From Dehalococcoidia bacterium (lineage in GTDB: Bacteria; Chloroflexota; Dehalococcoidia; DSTF01; RBG-16-68-14): a stretch of 64,000 nt of DNA. This document shows positions 19,224 through 28,327 of the stretch, one piece after another; the stretch's first letter is position 1, and every line of letters begins with the position of its first letter. The stretch lies in the NCBI GenBank assembly GCA_040882355.1, contig JBBEBM010000043.1:1-64000 (forward strand), in the 5' to 3' direction. Position numbers and translations under genes: made by a program. The notes beneath the pieces were generated by a model. It had not been told where the DNA came from and ran no database searches. It saw only the letters and a program-made list of their open reading frames with translations.

Positions 19224-20342
19224 ATGGCGCGCATCGTCGTTGACGCCCGCATTTCGCGCTCCTGGAGCACCGGCATCGGCGTCTACACGACGCAGCTCTT
19301 GCGCGCGCTCGCCCGCCTAGCGCCGCAGCACCGCCTCCTGCTCCTCATCGCGCCCGAAGCGCCCCTGCCGCATCTGTCCGGCGAAGGGCTGATCGATGAG
19401 CGGACCGTTTCCCACGCGATCGCCGGCCCGGCGCAGCATCTCCTCATGCCGGGCCTGCTGCGCGACCTCGACGCTGACCTCCTCATCGTCACGCATCCGG
19501 CGTGCGCTCCGCTCTGGTCGCCCTGCCCGCGATTTGTCTTTGTCCACGACCTGATTCCGCTCGCCCTCCCCCACGATTACAGCCTGGCGAAGCGCCTCTA
19601 CTACCGGACCGTCATCCGCAGCAGTCTGCGCGGCGCGGCGCGCGTGCTCGTCGATTCCGAGAGCACGAAGCGCGACTGCGAGCGGCTGCTTGGCCTGCCA
19701 GCCGGACGACTGCGCGTCGTTTACGGCGGCGTCGGCGATCAGTACCGGCCGGGCGAACCGCGGCGTAACGGCTCGCGGCCCTACGTCCTCTACGTCGGCA
19801 ACAAGCGCCCTCACAAGAACGTCGACCGCCTGATCGAGGCGTTCGCGCTGCTCCTGCGCGACGGCGACCCGGGCTGCGACCTGGTGATCGCCGGGCGGGA
19901 CGAACCGGGCTCGGTCGAGACCGACGGCTCGCGCCTCCGCGCCATCGCGGACGCTGGTGGCCTGAACGGACGCGTCCGTATCCTGGGCGAGGTCGCTGAC
20001 AGCGACCTGCCAGCATACTATCGCGGCGCCTCCGCCTTCGCCTACCTCTCCAGCTACGAGGGCTTCGGCCTGCCGCCGCTCGAGGCGATGGCCTGCGGCA
20101 CGCCCGTTGTCGCCCTCGACGCCACGTCGTTGCGCGAGGTCGTCGGCGAGGGCGGGATGCTCCTGCCCGACGCCGAGCCGGCCGCCGTCGCCCGAGCGCT
20201 CCGTTCCGTCCTCACCAACGAGGAGCTCCGTCGGGACCTCGCCGAACGCGGTTTGCGCCAGGCGCGGAAGTTCACGTGGCAGCGCACCGCCCAGGCGGTG
20301 CTCCAGGAGATCGACGCCGCACTGGAGGCGCGTCCACCGTGA
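19224..20342 (+). CDS. GT4 glycosyltransferase
   Basis: TGIGVYT, VHDLIP, PHKNV, YEGFGLPPLEAMACGTP. Confidence 0.93.
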   Translation: MARIVVDARISRSWSTGIGVYTTQLLRALARLAPQHRLLLLIAPEAPLPHLSGEGLIDERTVSHAIAGPAQHLLMPGLLRDLDADLLIVTHPACAPLWSPCPRFVFVHDLIPLALPHDYSLAKRLYYRTVIRSSLRGAARVLVDSESTKRDCERLLGLPAGRLRVVYGGVGDQYRPGEPRRNGSRPYVLYVGNKRPHKNVDRLIEAFALLLRDGDPGCDLVIAGRDEPGSVETDGSRLRAIADAGGLNGRVRILGEVADSDLPAYYRGASAFAYLSSYEGFGLPPLEAMACGTPVVALDATSLREVVGEGGMLLPDAEPAAVARALRSVLTNEELRRDLAERGLRQARKFTWQRTAQAVLQEIDAALEARPP

Positions 20343-21025
20343 CATCCGCCAAAGCGCCGCGCTACTTCCCCGCCACTCGCGCTTCCCCGCTCTACGACGC
20401 GTCGAAGCGCGCAATCGACATCGTGGTGGCGCTCGTCGTGCTCTTCGGCCTGGCGCCGCTCTGGCTGCTCACCGCGCTCGCCATCCGGCTCACCTCGCGC
20501 GGGCCCGCGCTCTACCGCGCGCAGGTCGCTGGGCTTGGCGGGCAGCCCTTCGCCTACTACAAGTTCCGCTCGATGCGAATCGAGGGCGACGACGCGGTGC
20601 AGCGCCGTTTCCGTCGCGAATTCATTCGCGCGAACAAGCCTTTCCGCGTCGAGCGCGACGCCGCCGGCCGGCAACGCGCGGTCTACAAAGTGGTCGACGA
20701 CCCGCGCGTCACGCCAGTCGGGCGCGTCATTCGCAAGCTGAGCATCGACGAGGTGCCGCAGTTCATCAACGTCCTGCGCGGCGAGATGAGCGTGGTCGGG
20801 CCCCGCCCGCCGCTGCTCTGGGAGGTGGAGTACTACGACGACTGGCATAGTGAGCGGCTGGCCGTCAAGCCGGGCATCACCGGCCCCGCCCAGGTGCGCT
20901 CCCGTCAGGGCTTGCCCTTCGACCAGATGGCGCGGATCGACATCGACTACGCGCGGCGGCGGTCCCTCTGGCTCGACCTGCGGGTCATGCTCCAGACGCC
21001 GCTCGCCATCCTGCGCGGCGGCTAG
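20339..21025 (+). CDS. Initiating monotopic phosphoglycosyl transferase (sugar transferase)
   Basis: [42 protein letters not shown]. Confidence 0.93.
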   Translation: MTSAKAPRYFPATRASPLYDASKRAIDIVVALVVLFGLAPLWLLTALAIRLTSRGPALYRAQVAGLGGQPFAYYKFRSMRIEGDDAVQRRFRREFIRANKPFRVERDAAGRQRAVYKVVDDPRVTPVGRVIRKLSIDEVPQFINVLRGEMSVVGPRPPLLWEVEYYDDWHSERLAVKPGITGPAQVRSRQGLPFDQMARIDIDYARRRSLWLDLRVMLQTPLAILRGG

Positions 21026-22059
21026 TCTGGCTGCTCCAAGATCGAGACCGCGTCGGGATAGTCGTAGCCGCTCCCGATGATCTCCGGCACCGAGGGTGTG
21101 CCGTCCTCGGAGAACGTGATCTTGCGCACGGTACCCTGACCTCCCGCCGGCCCTGGCAGCTCGCCCGGCGCCTCCTGCACGATCGCCAGGTCGGCGTAGT
21201 AGAGCGTCCCGTCCTTCGCAACCGCGAGGCCCGCCGGGCTGCCGATGTCGTCGCCTTCAGCGATCGTCCGCACGAACTCGCCGGTCGCATCGTACTCGCG
21301 GATCGTCTTCGGCAGGAAGACGCTTGAGACGTACCAGTTGCCGTTGGGCGCCCGCGCGATGCTGAAGGGCGTGCCCATCTCCTCATCCTCGATGAAAGTG
21401 TCCTTTGCCGGCACGACGGAGGCGCACTCGTCCTCGCTCTCCGGGAACGGACCCGAGTAGACCAGCACGACGCCCGGGGGCACGGTCTCTGACAGGTACA
21501 CCTTGCCCCCGTCGATCGTGATCGTGCCCGGCACGCGCAGCTCGCTCTCCAGGATGCAGGACGTCCCGTACTCCGGCGGGAAGAAGACGATGAACTTGCC
21601 GTCCATGGCGTCGAAGCTCCCCGAACCGACGTCCGTGACGAAGAGCCGCTCCTCGTCATCGAACCCACAGCCGAACGGCTCGGGCTGCGCCGGCTCGTTC
21701 GGCGTCTCCGGCTCCAGGATCTTGCGCACGAACTGGCCCTCCGGCGTGAAGATACCCCAGCCCTGACGGTCCCCCTCGCTCTGGTTCGTATCGTGGCCCA
21801 TCAGGAAGTTGCCGCTGCCGTCCGGCAGCAGGCACGCCTGACCGTTCAGGTCCTCCCCGCCATCCTGCGCCGACGGTACGAGCACGGTCGGATCGTCCGT
21901 CTCCAGATCGTAGACGTCCAGCTCGTTGCCCTGCGCGCTGAACAGCAAGTCCACGGTGCCCTCGCTGTCGTTACACGCGAACGAGAGCGCGACCAGCCCT
22001 ACGACAAGCGCGCCGAAAAGCGCCTTAGGGGGCGGGACTAGGTGTCGGAAGCGGTGCAC
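21022..22059 (-). CDS. Putative lipoprotein with NHL/SMP-30-like beta-propeller
   Basis: Lipobox-like LSFAC; repeats PFGCGFD, PFSIAR, PAGLAV; very acidic; start codon uncertain. Confidence 0.7.
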   Translation of the reverse strand: MHRFRHLVPPPKALFGALVVGLVALSFACNDSEGTVDLLFSAQGNELDVYDLETDDPTVLVPSAQDGGEDLNGQACLLPDGSGNFLMGHDTNQSEGDRQGWGIFTPEGQFVRKILEPETPNEPAQPEPFGCGFDDEERLFVTDVGSGSFDAMDGKFIVFFPPEYGTSCILESELRVPGTITIDGGKVYLSETVPPGVVLVYSGPFPESEDECASVVPAKDTFIEDEEMGTPFSIARAPNGNWYVSSVFLPKTIREYDATGEFVRTIAEGDDIGSPAGLAVAKDGTLYYADLAIVQEAPGELPGPAGGQGTVRKITFSEDGTPSVPEIIGSGYDYPDAVSILEQPD

Positions 22060-23713
22060 AATCAGCCTCCCCGTCGATGCAGAACGCCCAGACGCCGGCC
22101 GGCGCCCTGGCCAGAATAGCCTCGATATTGGTACCGCCGGCGCCCTGCGCGCCGAAGCCGGAGCCCATGTAGACCACGCCGTCCACAGGCACCGCCTGCG
22201 AGAAGCCAAGCCCGCCCAGCGGCAGCTTCGCCAGGATCTCGCCCGTATCGGCGTCGATTGCGCGCATCGAGAAGTCGATGCCGCCCATGAACACGACGCC
22301 CGGGATCGCGCTCGTCCCGCCGAAGAAGGGCGCCGCCTCCTCCTGCGACCAGACCACCTCGCCCGTCCCCGCATCGAGCGCCCACGCGGACGGCTTCTGC
22401 GGCGCCTCCACGTCCTCGCCGATGCCCACGCCGAAGTAGATCCGCCCGTCCATCACCGCCGGTGTGCCCGTAATCCCGCCGATCGCGCCTCCCTCGACGA
22501 CATTTCGCGTCCAGTACGGTTCGATCTCGCCAGTGAGCTCGTTCTCGCCGTCGCGGTCCAGCAGGTAGTAGCTGCCATCCTTGTTGCCGATGCCCACCAC
22601 CTCGCGCTCCTCGCCCTCGATCGTCGCCGTGAACAGGTTCGGCGCGGCGCCGAAGGCGTAGTCGTCGTTGTCGATTTCGCGCGGGCGCCAGCTCCAGACC
22701 GGCTCGCCGTCGAAGTCCACCGCCACGAGCGCCTCGTTATGCGTCGTCATCGGCGGCGTCGGCGGCGCCGACTGCGGGTCATCGTCCGTGTCGCAGTTGC
22801 TCGTCGCAAAGTAGAGCAGCTCACGGCCGAAGTCGACGCTCACCGGCGACCAGACGTTGCCACACGCCGTCTCTGTGCGGTCGAAATCGCACCCCCCTCG
22901 CGTTGAGAAGAAGTCGTCCTCGAGGCCGAGCTGCTCCGCGTTGTGGTAGCCGTCGAATTTGCGGACGTCGTCGTCGTCGTCCGGCCTGCACGTCTCGCCC
23001 GTCTCCACGTCGAAGTACCAGTGCAGATGGCCGTCCTTCGCCGAAAGGCCGTAGAACCCGCCCTTGCCCGGCGCGCGATCATTCACGTCCATCCCGAAGG
23101 CGACCAGGTCCTGCTCTGGCAGCACCGCCGGCGACGACAGGATCTCGTTGCGTTCCGTGTTGGTGTCGCAGTCCTGGCAGCCGGTGCCGGCGTCGAACTG
23201 CCAGATCTCGGCGCCGCTCACGGCGTCCAGCGAGTACATCGTCATGCCACCACCCACGAACACCCGCGGCTCGCCGTCCACCTCCGCGATCGCCGCCGAC
23301 GACGCGATGATGCCATACGACACGCCCTCGTGCGGCTTCACCTCGTAGGCCCAGAGCTGGGTGCCTTCGTCGGCTCGGATCGCGTAGACCTTGCCGTCGT
23401 ACGAGCCAACGAACACGATGCGCGTCGGCCCCTCATTGGGCAGGTCGATCGTGGCGACGGACGGCGTCGCGGCGACGGGCGCTCCCGTGCGGAACTGCCA
23501 CTTCGCAATGAGGTTGGCCGCGTTCGCCTTTGTGATGATCGTCTCGTGCGGGTTGTCGCCCGTCCGCTCATACGTGCGCGCCAGCATTGGCGCGTCTTCC
23601 GGCAGCCCGAGCAGGGCCGGCGGCTCGCTCCCTCCATCCTCGCTGGAGCATGCGATGACGCCGCACAATACCATCGCGATCAACGAGAATCGAACGCCCC
23701 AACGAACGCTCAT
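22025..23713 (-). CDS. PQQ-binding-like beta-propeller lipoprotein (PVA-dehydrogenase-like)
   Basis: GVIAC lipobox; repeats YAIRADEGTQLW, YSLDAVSGAEIW, ALDAGTGEVVW; VWSPVSVD, DYAFGAAP. Confidence 0.8.
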   Translation of the reverse strand: MSVRWGVRFSLIAMVLCGVIACSSEDGGSEPPALLGLPEDAPMLARTYERTGDNPHETIITKANAANLIAKWQFRTGAPVAATPSVATIDLPNEGPTRIVFVGSYDGKVYAIRADEGTQLWAYEVKPHEGVSYGIIASSAAIAEVDGEPRVFVGGGMTMYSLDAVSGAEIWQFDAGTGCQDCDTNTERNEILSSPAVLPEQDLVAFGMDVNDRAPGKGGFYGLSAKDGHLHWYFDVETGETCRPDDDDDVRKFDGYHNAEQLGLEDDFFSTRGGCDFDRTETACGNVWSPVSVDFGRELLYFATSNCDTDDDPQSAPPTPPMTTHNEALVAVDFDGEPVWSWRPREIDNDDYAFGAAPNLFTATIEGEEREVVGIGNKDGSYYLLDRDGENELTGEIEPYWTRNVVEGGAIGGITGTPAVMDGRIYFGVGIGEDVEAPQKPSAWALDAGTGEVVWSQEEAAPFFGGTSAIPGVVFMGGIDFSMRAIDADTGEILAKLPLGGLGFSQAVPVDGVVYMGSGFGAQGAGGTNIEAILARAPAGVWAFCIDGEADCAPLPTPSPAP

Positions 23714-23879
23714 GGATGAAGCGTGTAGCATACGCCTGACTTGAGTGTCAAGAAGTCAGGGCTGAGGTCCGCCGCTGCGCGACACGAACTTGAGACCCGT
23801 TTCCGGCCGGCCGCGGCGCGCTGATGCAGATGTGTGGAGGGCTGGTCGGTTCACCGGGGCTCCCGCCGGATCCTGTTGG

Positions 23880-24461
23880 TTAGATCCTCCCTTCGTCCAG
23901 GAGCGGATCGAGACGATCTTCCCGGCTCAGAGAACGCCCGATCAGCAGCAGGACACACGCCGATCCCACCTCGATAAGGCAGTTCACAATGATGCCCGCG
24001 CCCCGCGCCTTCGGCAGGAAGCTCCAACCCATGAGCGGCCAGAAGACCGTCTGAGGCATGCGTGTCACGGGATCGCACGGGAGGTGCGCCAGAGCGCCGG
24101 CGCCCACCGTCAGCAGCCTTGCGTCACCGCTGCGCGAGCGCTGGAGCAAGCCGGCCAGCACGAGCGCTGATCCGAAGAGTAACGTGTGCCCGAAGAGATG
24201 ATCGTTGGCGCGGAAGAACTTACGTAGGAATATCCAGCCGAGCGGCTTGTCAATGAGATCGGGGAGCAGCGCGCCGAACGCCACCAGGCGATAGTCGATT
24301 GTGTGGGCGTCATGCCCTTCGGCGGCCGAAGGAGATCGTAGCGGCTCGAGGGCCGGAGTGGCCAGTGTCTGAGCATCCTGTCCCGGTCGCGCGCGCTCGA
24401 TGAGCCGGCTGCCGGCCCACACGACCCCGCAGGCGAAGGTGATATGGCTCAGAGGATACAC
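23880..24461 (-). CDS. Membrane metal-dependent hydrolase (YdjM-like)
   Basis: SH, GALLPDLIDKP, GHTLLF, AHLPCD, FWP; AGGAG RBS before GTG 24461. Confidence 0.85.
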   Translation of the reverse strand: MYPLSHITFACGVVWAGSRLIERARPGQDAQTLATPALEPLRSPSAAEGHDAHTIDYRLVAFGALLPDLIDKPLGWIFLRKFFRANDHLFGHTLLFGSALVLAGLLQRSRSGDARLLTVGAGALAHLPCDPVTRMPQTVFWPLMGWSFLPKARGAGIIVNCLIEVGSACVLLLIGRSLSREDRLDPLLDEGRI

Positions 24462-24547
24462 GATCGCGCTCCTAACGGTGGAGACGTCCCGGTTCACCAG
24501 CCTAACGTGATCGACTGGTCTCGGCAATGAGTCGTGGCCCTCGTGCC

Positions 24548-25963
24548 CTACTTCGCCGCGATTCGCGCCGGCGCTACATCATCGAGAGCCGGTGAGTGGT
24601 ACGAAAGGGGCACCGATTCCTCCCGCCGCAGCGCTCGCATGAGCGATGCGACGAGCAAACGCAGATCGACCCAGAGCGAGTACTCCCTAACGTAGGCGAC
24701 GTCGTGGAGCCCCTGCTCCTCCAGCGACCACTCGACACGCTCGCCGACGCGCGGGCCGGTGAGGCCCGGTCGTACCAGCAGGAGCGTGCGCGCCCAGGGC
24801 TCCTGCAGGAGCCGCTCGTCGTCGGGGAGCGCGCGCGGCCCTACCAGGCTCATCCGTCCCGCCAGCACGTTCAGCACGTTCGGCAGCTTGCCCAGCCGCC
24901 CCATCGCGATGCCGTCGCGTAGCCGCCACGCCCAGCTCGCCGCGCCGCCGTCCGGCTGCTGACCTGCCGGCCGGGCAACGGTGCGCAGCTCGAACGTGGC
25001 GCCGCGCAGCCCGTGCGCGCGCTGGCTCACCAGCACCGGACCGCCCGTGAGACGGGCAGCCGGCCAGAGCAACGCCATCAGCGCGCCAAGGAAAGGTAGC
25101 GTTGCCAGCGCCGCGCCGTAGTCGAGGAGCGTCTTGAGCGCCGCGTCGAGGCCCGTGATGCGCAGCCGCTCCAGCGTGAGCAACGGCACGTAGTTCGCGT
25201 CCAGGGGCCTGGCCCCCGCTGCCAGGAGGTGGTAGAGGCCCGGCGCGAGCCGCACCGCCGGCTCATCTGTCGAAGCCGCCAGCTCCAGCAGGTCGCGCTG
25301 CGACTCCCAGCTCACCGCGTGCGGCACCACGATCAGATCGCTCGCGCCCAGCGTGTCAGCCAGCTCTGCCGCGCGCCTCGGATCGCCCACGACGCGGAGG
25401 CCGTCAACCACTTCGACGCCGACAGGTTGGTAGTCGTCCAGGAAGCCCAGCACCCGCCAGCCCGTATTCCCGTGCGAAAGCTGGCGCGCGATCGTGACCG
25501 CGTGCTCGTCGGTGCCGGCCAGCAAGACCATCCGCTGAAGCCGCCCGGACCGTCGCAGCCGGAACACCAGCCGCCGGAAGCCGAAGCGCGCGCCGCCCAC
25601 CAGCAAGCACGAGTACACCCAGTCAAGCACCAGCGCCCCGCGCGACAGGCCCGCGTCGAGCAGAAACGAGAGCGCCAGCGCCGCGAACGCCGCATACGTG
25701 CACGAACGCACCACGCCCGCGTACTCGCGGTGTCCGCTGAACAACTCGTCCAGGCGGTAGAGCCCGCCCGCCGCCATCAAGGCGAACGCCAGTAAGGGTA
25801 CGACGAACAACAGCGCGAGCGCGCCCGGACTCGCGCCGCTGCCGCCCGGCCAGCCGTGTACGCCGTAGCGCAGCGCAAGCGCCGCAGCCGCGGCCCACAG
25901 CAACATCCATGCATCACCCGCAGCGAGGGCCAGGACCGTCGCTTGTCGTTCGTTGGCGCGCAT
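24548..25963 (-). CDS. WcaJ/WbaP-architecture polyprenyl glycosylphosphotransferase homologue, catalytic motifs degenerate
   Basis: N-terminal TM bundle, VLGFLDD CoA-binding-like domain, KTLLDY, MSLVGPR, RPGLTG, SLWVDL; GK in place of the DE dyad. Confidence 0.85.
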   Translation of the reverse strand: MRANERQATVLALAAGDAWMLLWAAAAALALRYGVHGWPGGSGASPGALALLFVVPLLAFALMAAGGLYRLDELFSGHREYAGVVRSCTYAAFAALALSFLLDAGLSRGALVLDWVYSCLLVGGARFGFRRLVFRLRRSGRLQRMVLLAGTDEHAVTIARQLSHGNTGWRVLGFLDDYQPVGVEVVDGLRVVGDPRRAAELADTLGASDLIVVPHAVSWESQRDLLELAASTDEPAVRLAPGLYHLLAAGARPLDANYVPLLTLERLRITGLDAALKTLLDYGAALATLPFLGALMALLWPAARLTGGPVLVSQRAHGLRGATFELRTVARPAGQQPDGGAASWAWRLRDGIAMGRLGKLPNVLNVLAGRMSLVGPRALPDDERLLQEPWARTLLLVRPGLTGPRVGERVEWSLEEQGLHDVAYVREYSLWVDLRLLVASLMRALRREESVPLSYHSPALDDVAPARIAAK

Positions 25964-27018
25964 CAGGCGGCCTTGGCCAGCCCTGCCTCAGCACCCGGCG
26001 TCGGTACGCGCGTCGCGGAGTTGAGCATCACTTTCGCGCCGCCATCGTCGAAGTGGAACTCCATCCGGTAGAGGCCGCGCGCGCGCATCTCCTGACTGAC
26101 CGCATCCTGGTATCGCGGCTCGCAGTACAGCAGCAAGAAGCCGCCTCCGCCCGCGCCGGCGATCTTGCCGCCCAGCGCCCCGCATTCGCGCGCCCGCTGA
26201 TAGACCTCGTCGATCTCGGCGTTCGTCACGCCGCTGGCCAGACGGCGCTTCGCCGCCCACGACTCGTGCAGGATCCCTCCGAAGCGATCGAGGTCGCCCA
26301 TCTCTAGCGCCTCGCGCGTCTCCGCAGCGAAGCCCTTGATCGCGTGCAGCGCCTCCAGCACGTCGGACTCGCCCGCCGCGGTCGAGTCCCGTTGCTCGCG
26401 CAGGATCGCGTTCGCGCTGCGCGATGCGCCTGTGTAGAACAGCAGTAGCCGCGACTCCAGCTCGTGGCGCACGGCGGGCAGCAGGCGCATCGTCGTCACC
26501 CCGACACCCTCGGTCTCGAACGAGATGACGTTCAGCCCACCGAACGCCGACGCGTACTGGTCCTGCTTGCCGATCGGGCTGCCCAGTTTGTCGATCTCCA
26601 GACGCGAGGCGCGCTCCGCAATCTCACCCGGCGAGAGGCGCTGGCCTATGTACGTGCTGATCGCCTTCGTCAACGCTACTGCGACCGTGCTGGAGGAGCC
26701 GAGGCCGGTGCCCGGAGGCACCTCCGATGCCAGGAAGATCGAGAAGCCGTCGTTCACGCCGAACTCGTGCAGCACGGCGCGGGGCAGCCGCAGCTCGCCG
26801 TCCCAGACAGGCTGCTCGTCCGCCGACCAGCGCGAGAAGGCGCTGAAGTCTGACGAGCTGATGTGGATCCCTTCGCCTCCGGACGGATGCAGGAACACGT
26901 AGAAGTACTTGTCGATCGCCGCGCTCACCACAAGCCCGCCGAAGCGCTCGTAGTACGACGGCAGATCGGTGCCACCACCGGCGAAGCTGATGCGAACGGG
27001 TGCGCGTACCAGTAACAT
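25963..27018 (-). CDS. hddA: D-glycero-alpha-D-manno-heptose-7-phosphate kinase (GHMP)
   Basis: RAPVRISFAGGGTDLP, PPGTGLGSSS, IGKQDQY, GGKIAGAGGGG. Confidence 0.88.
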   Translation of the reverse strand: MLLVRAPVRISFAGGGTDLPSYYERFGGLVVSAAIDKYFYVFLHPSGGEGIHISSSDFSAFSRWSADEQPVWDGELRLPRAVLHEFGVNDGFSIFLASEVPPGTGLGSSSTVAVALTKAISTYIGQRLSPGEIAERASRLEIDKLGSPIGKQDQYASAFGGLNVISFETEGVGVTTMRLLPAVRHELESRLLLFYTGASRSANAILREQRDSTAAGESDVLEALHAIKGFAAETREALEMGDLDRFGGILHESWAAKRRLASGVTNAEIDEVYQRARECGALGGKIAGAGGGGFLLLYCEPRYQDAVSQEMRARGLYRMEFHFDDGGAKVMLNSATRVPTPGAEAGLAKAA

Positions 27019-27027
27019 GAGGCCTCC

Positions 27028-27750
27028 TTACACCGCTCCGGCGGCGGCCATGAGCTCGCCGGCGACTTGCGCCTTCCGATAGCCATCGGGCGTCCCAATA
27101 TCGATCACAATCGCCTCGCTCCGAAGGCCATAGAGCGGCGCGCCCTGCGCGAGCAGCAGCGGGAACAGGTCGCGGCCGAAATCGAACGGCTCGTTCGGCG
27201 GCACGTGGCGCAGTACGTTCGGGTCGACCACGTACACGCCCGCGTTCGCCCACGTCGAGGGCGCGTCGCCAAGCCGCGGCTTCTCGACAAACTCGACGAT
27301 GCGCTCGCCATCGAGGCCCGCCACGCCGCAGCCGGCCAGGCTCTCCGGCTCGTAGAGCGCGATGCTGACCGCCGCGCCCCGTTCGACGTGAAACGCCGCC
27401 AGCGCCGTCAGATCGATGTCGGTGAGCACGTCACCGTAGATCACGTAGAACGGCCCGTCACAGAAGAAGCGCTCGAGCCGCTTGACCCCGCCCGCGGAGC
27501 CGAGCAACCGTTCCTCCATTGAAAAGGTGACCCTCAGGCCGGCGCGACGCGCGCGCTCCAGGTACGCGACGATCGTCTCCGGCTGGTGGTGCAGATTGAC
27601 GGCGATCTCTTTCACGCCGTGACGGCTGATCAGGTCGAGAAGGTGCGCCATGAGCGGCCGCCTTGCGACCGGCAACATCGGCTTGGGCAGCGACTCCGTG
27701 AGCGGACGCATCCGCCGGCCTTCGCCGGCGGCCAGGATCATCGCCTTCAT
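27028..27750 (-). CDS. hddC: Nucleotidyltransferase, probably heptose-1-P guanylyltransferase
   Basis: ILAAGEGRRMRPLT, PKPMLP, FVEKP, NAGVY, DIGTP; lies between gmhB and hddA. Confidence 0.7.
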   Translation of the reverse strand: MKAMILAAGEGRRMRPLTESLPKPMLPVARRPLMAHLLDLISRHGVKEIAVNLHHQPETIVAYLERARRAGLRVTFSMEERLLGSAGGVKRLERFFCDGPFYVIYGDVLTDIDLTALAAFHVERGAAVSIALYEPESLAGCGVAGLDGERIVEFVEKPRLGDAPSTWANAGVYVVDPNVLRHVPPNEPFDFGRDLFPLLLAQGAPLYGLRSEAIVIDIGTPDGYRKAQVAGELMAAAGAV

Positions 27751-28319
27751 GCCGCCACCGGCTCCGTTCGCGCGGCAAAGCGCGACCGCACGGCGCTGGC
27801 GGCATCGGTCAGGCTGCGCGCGACGTAGAGGGGCGGCGTCTCTCGATACGCCGCGTGCCGCAGCGTCTCTTCTCCGCGACCCGTCCTCACCAGCACGAAC
27901 GGCACGCGGGCCGCCCGCGCGGCCAGCAGGTCCTCCGGCGCGTCGCCGATGAAGACGCAGCGCTCGGGCGGCTCGCCCAGCGCGGCCGTCGCCCGCCTAA
28001 GCAGGCCGGGCTGCGGTTTGCGGCAGCCACACCCCGCCCAGGGCGCGTGCTCACAGGCGAACACGCCTTCGATCGCGCCGCCGTTCGCCGCGCACAGCAC
28101 CAGCATCCGCCGGTGGATCTCGCGCAGCCGGTGCGACGCCAGCAGCCCGCGTCCCACGGCCGACTGGTTGGTCACGACCGCGAGGCGCAGCCCTGCGGCT
28201 CGCATCGTTGCGAGCGCCTCCAGTGCCCCTGGCAGGAACTCGAACTCGTCCCAGCGCTTCACGTAGTCCACGCGGTTTTTGTTGATCACACCGTCCCGGT
28301 CCAGCAGCACAGCGGCCAT
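27747..28319 (-). CDS. gmhB: Heptose-1,7-bisphosphate phosphatase (HAD)
   Basis: LDRDGVIN, VTNQS, CEH...CGCRKP, IGD. Confidence 0.92.
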   Translation of the reverse strand: MAAVLLDRDGVINKNRVDYVKRWDEFEFLPGALEALATMRAAGLRLAVVTNQSAVGRGLLASHRLREIHRRMLVLCAANGGAIEGVFACEHAPWAGCGCRKPQPGLLRRATAALGEPPERCVFIGDAPEDLLAARAARVPFVLVRTGRGEETLRHAAYRETPPLYVARSLTDAASAVRSRFAARTEPVAA

Positions 28320-28327
28320 GTTATCTC

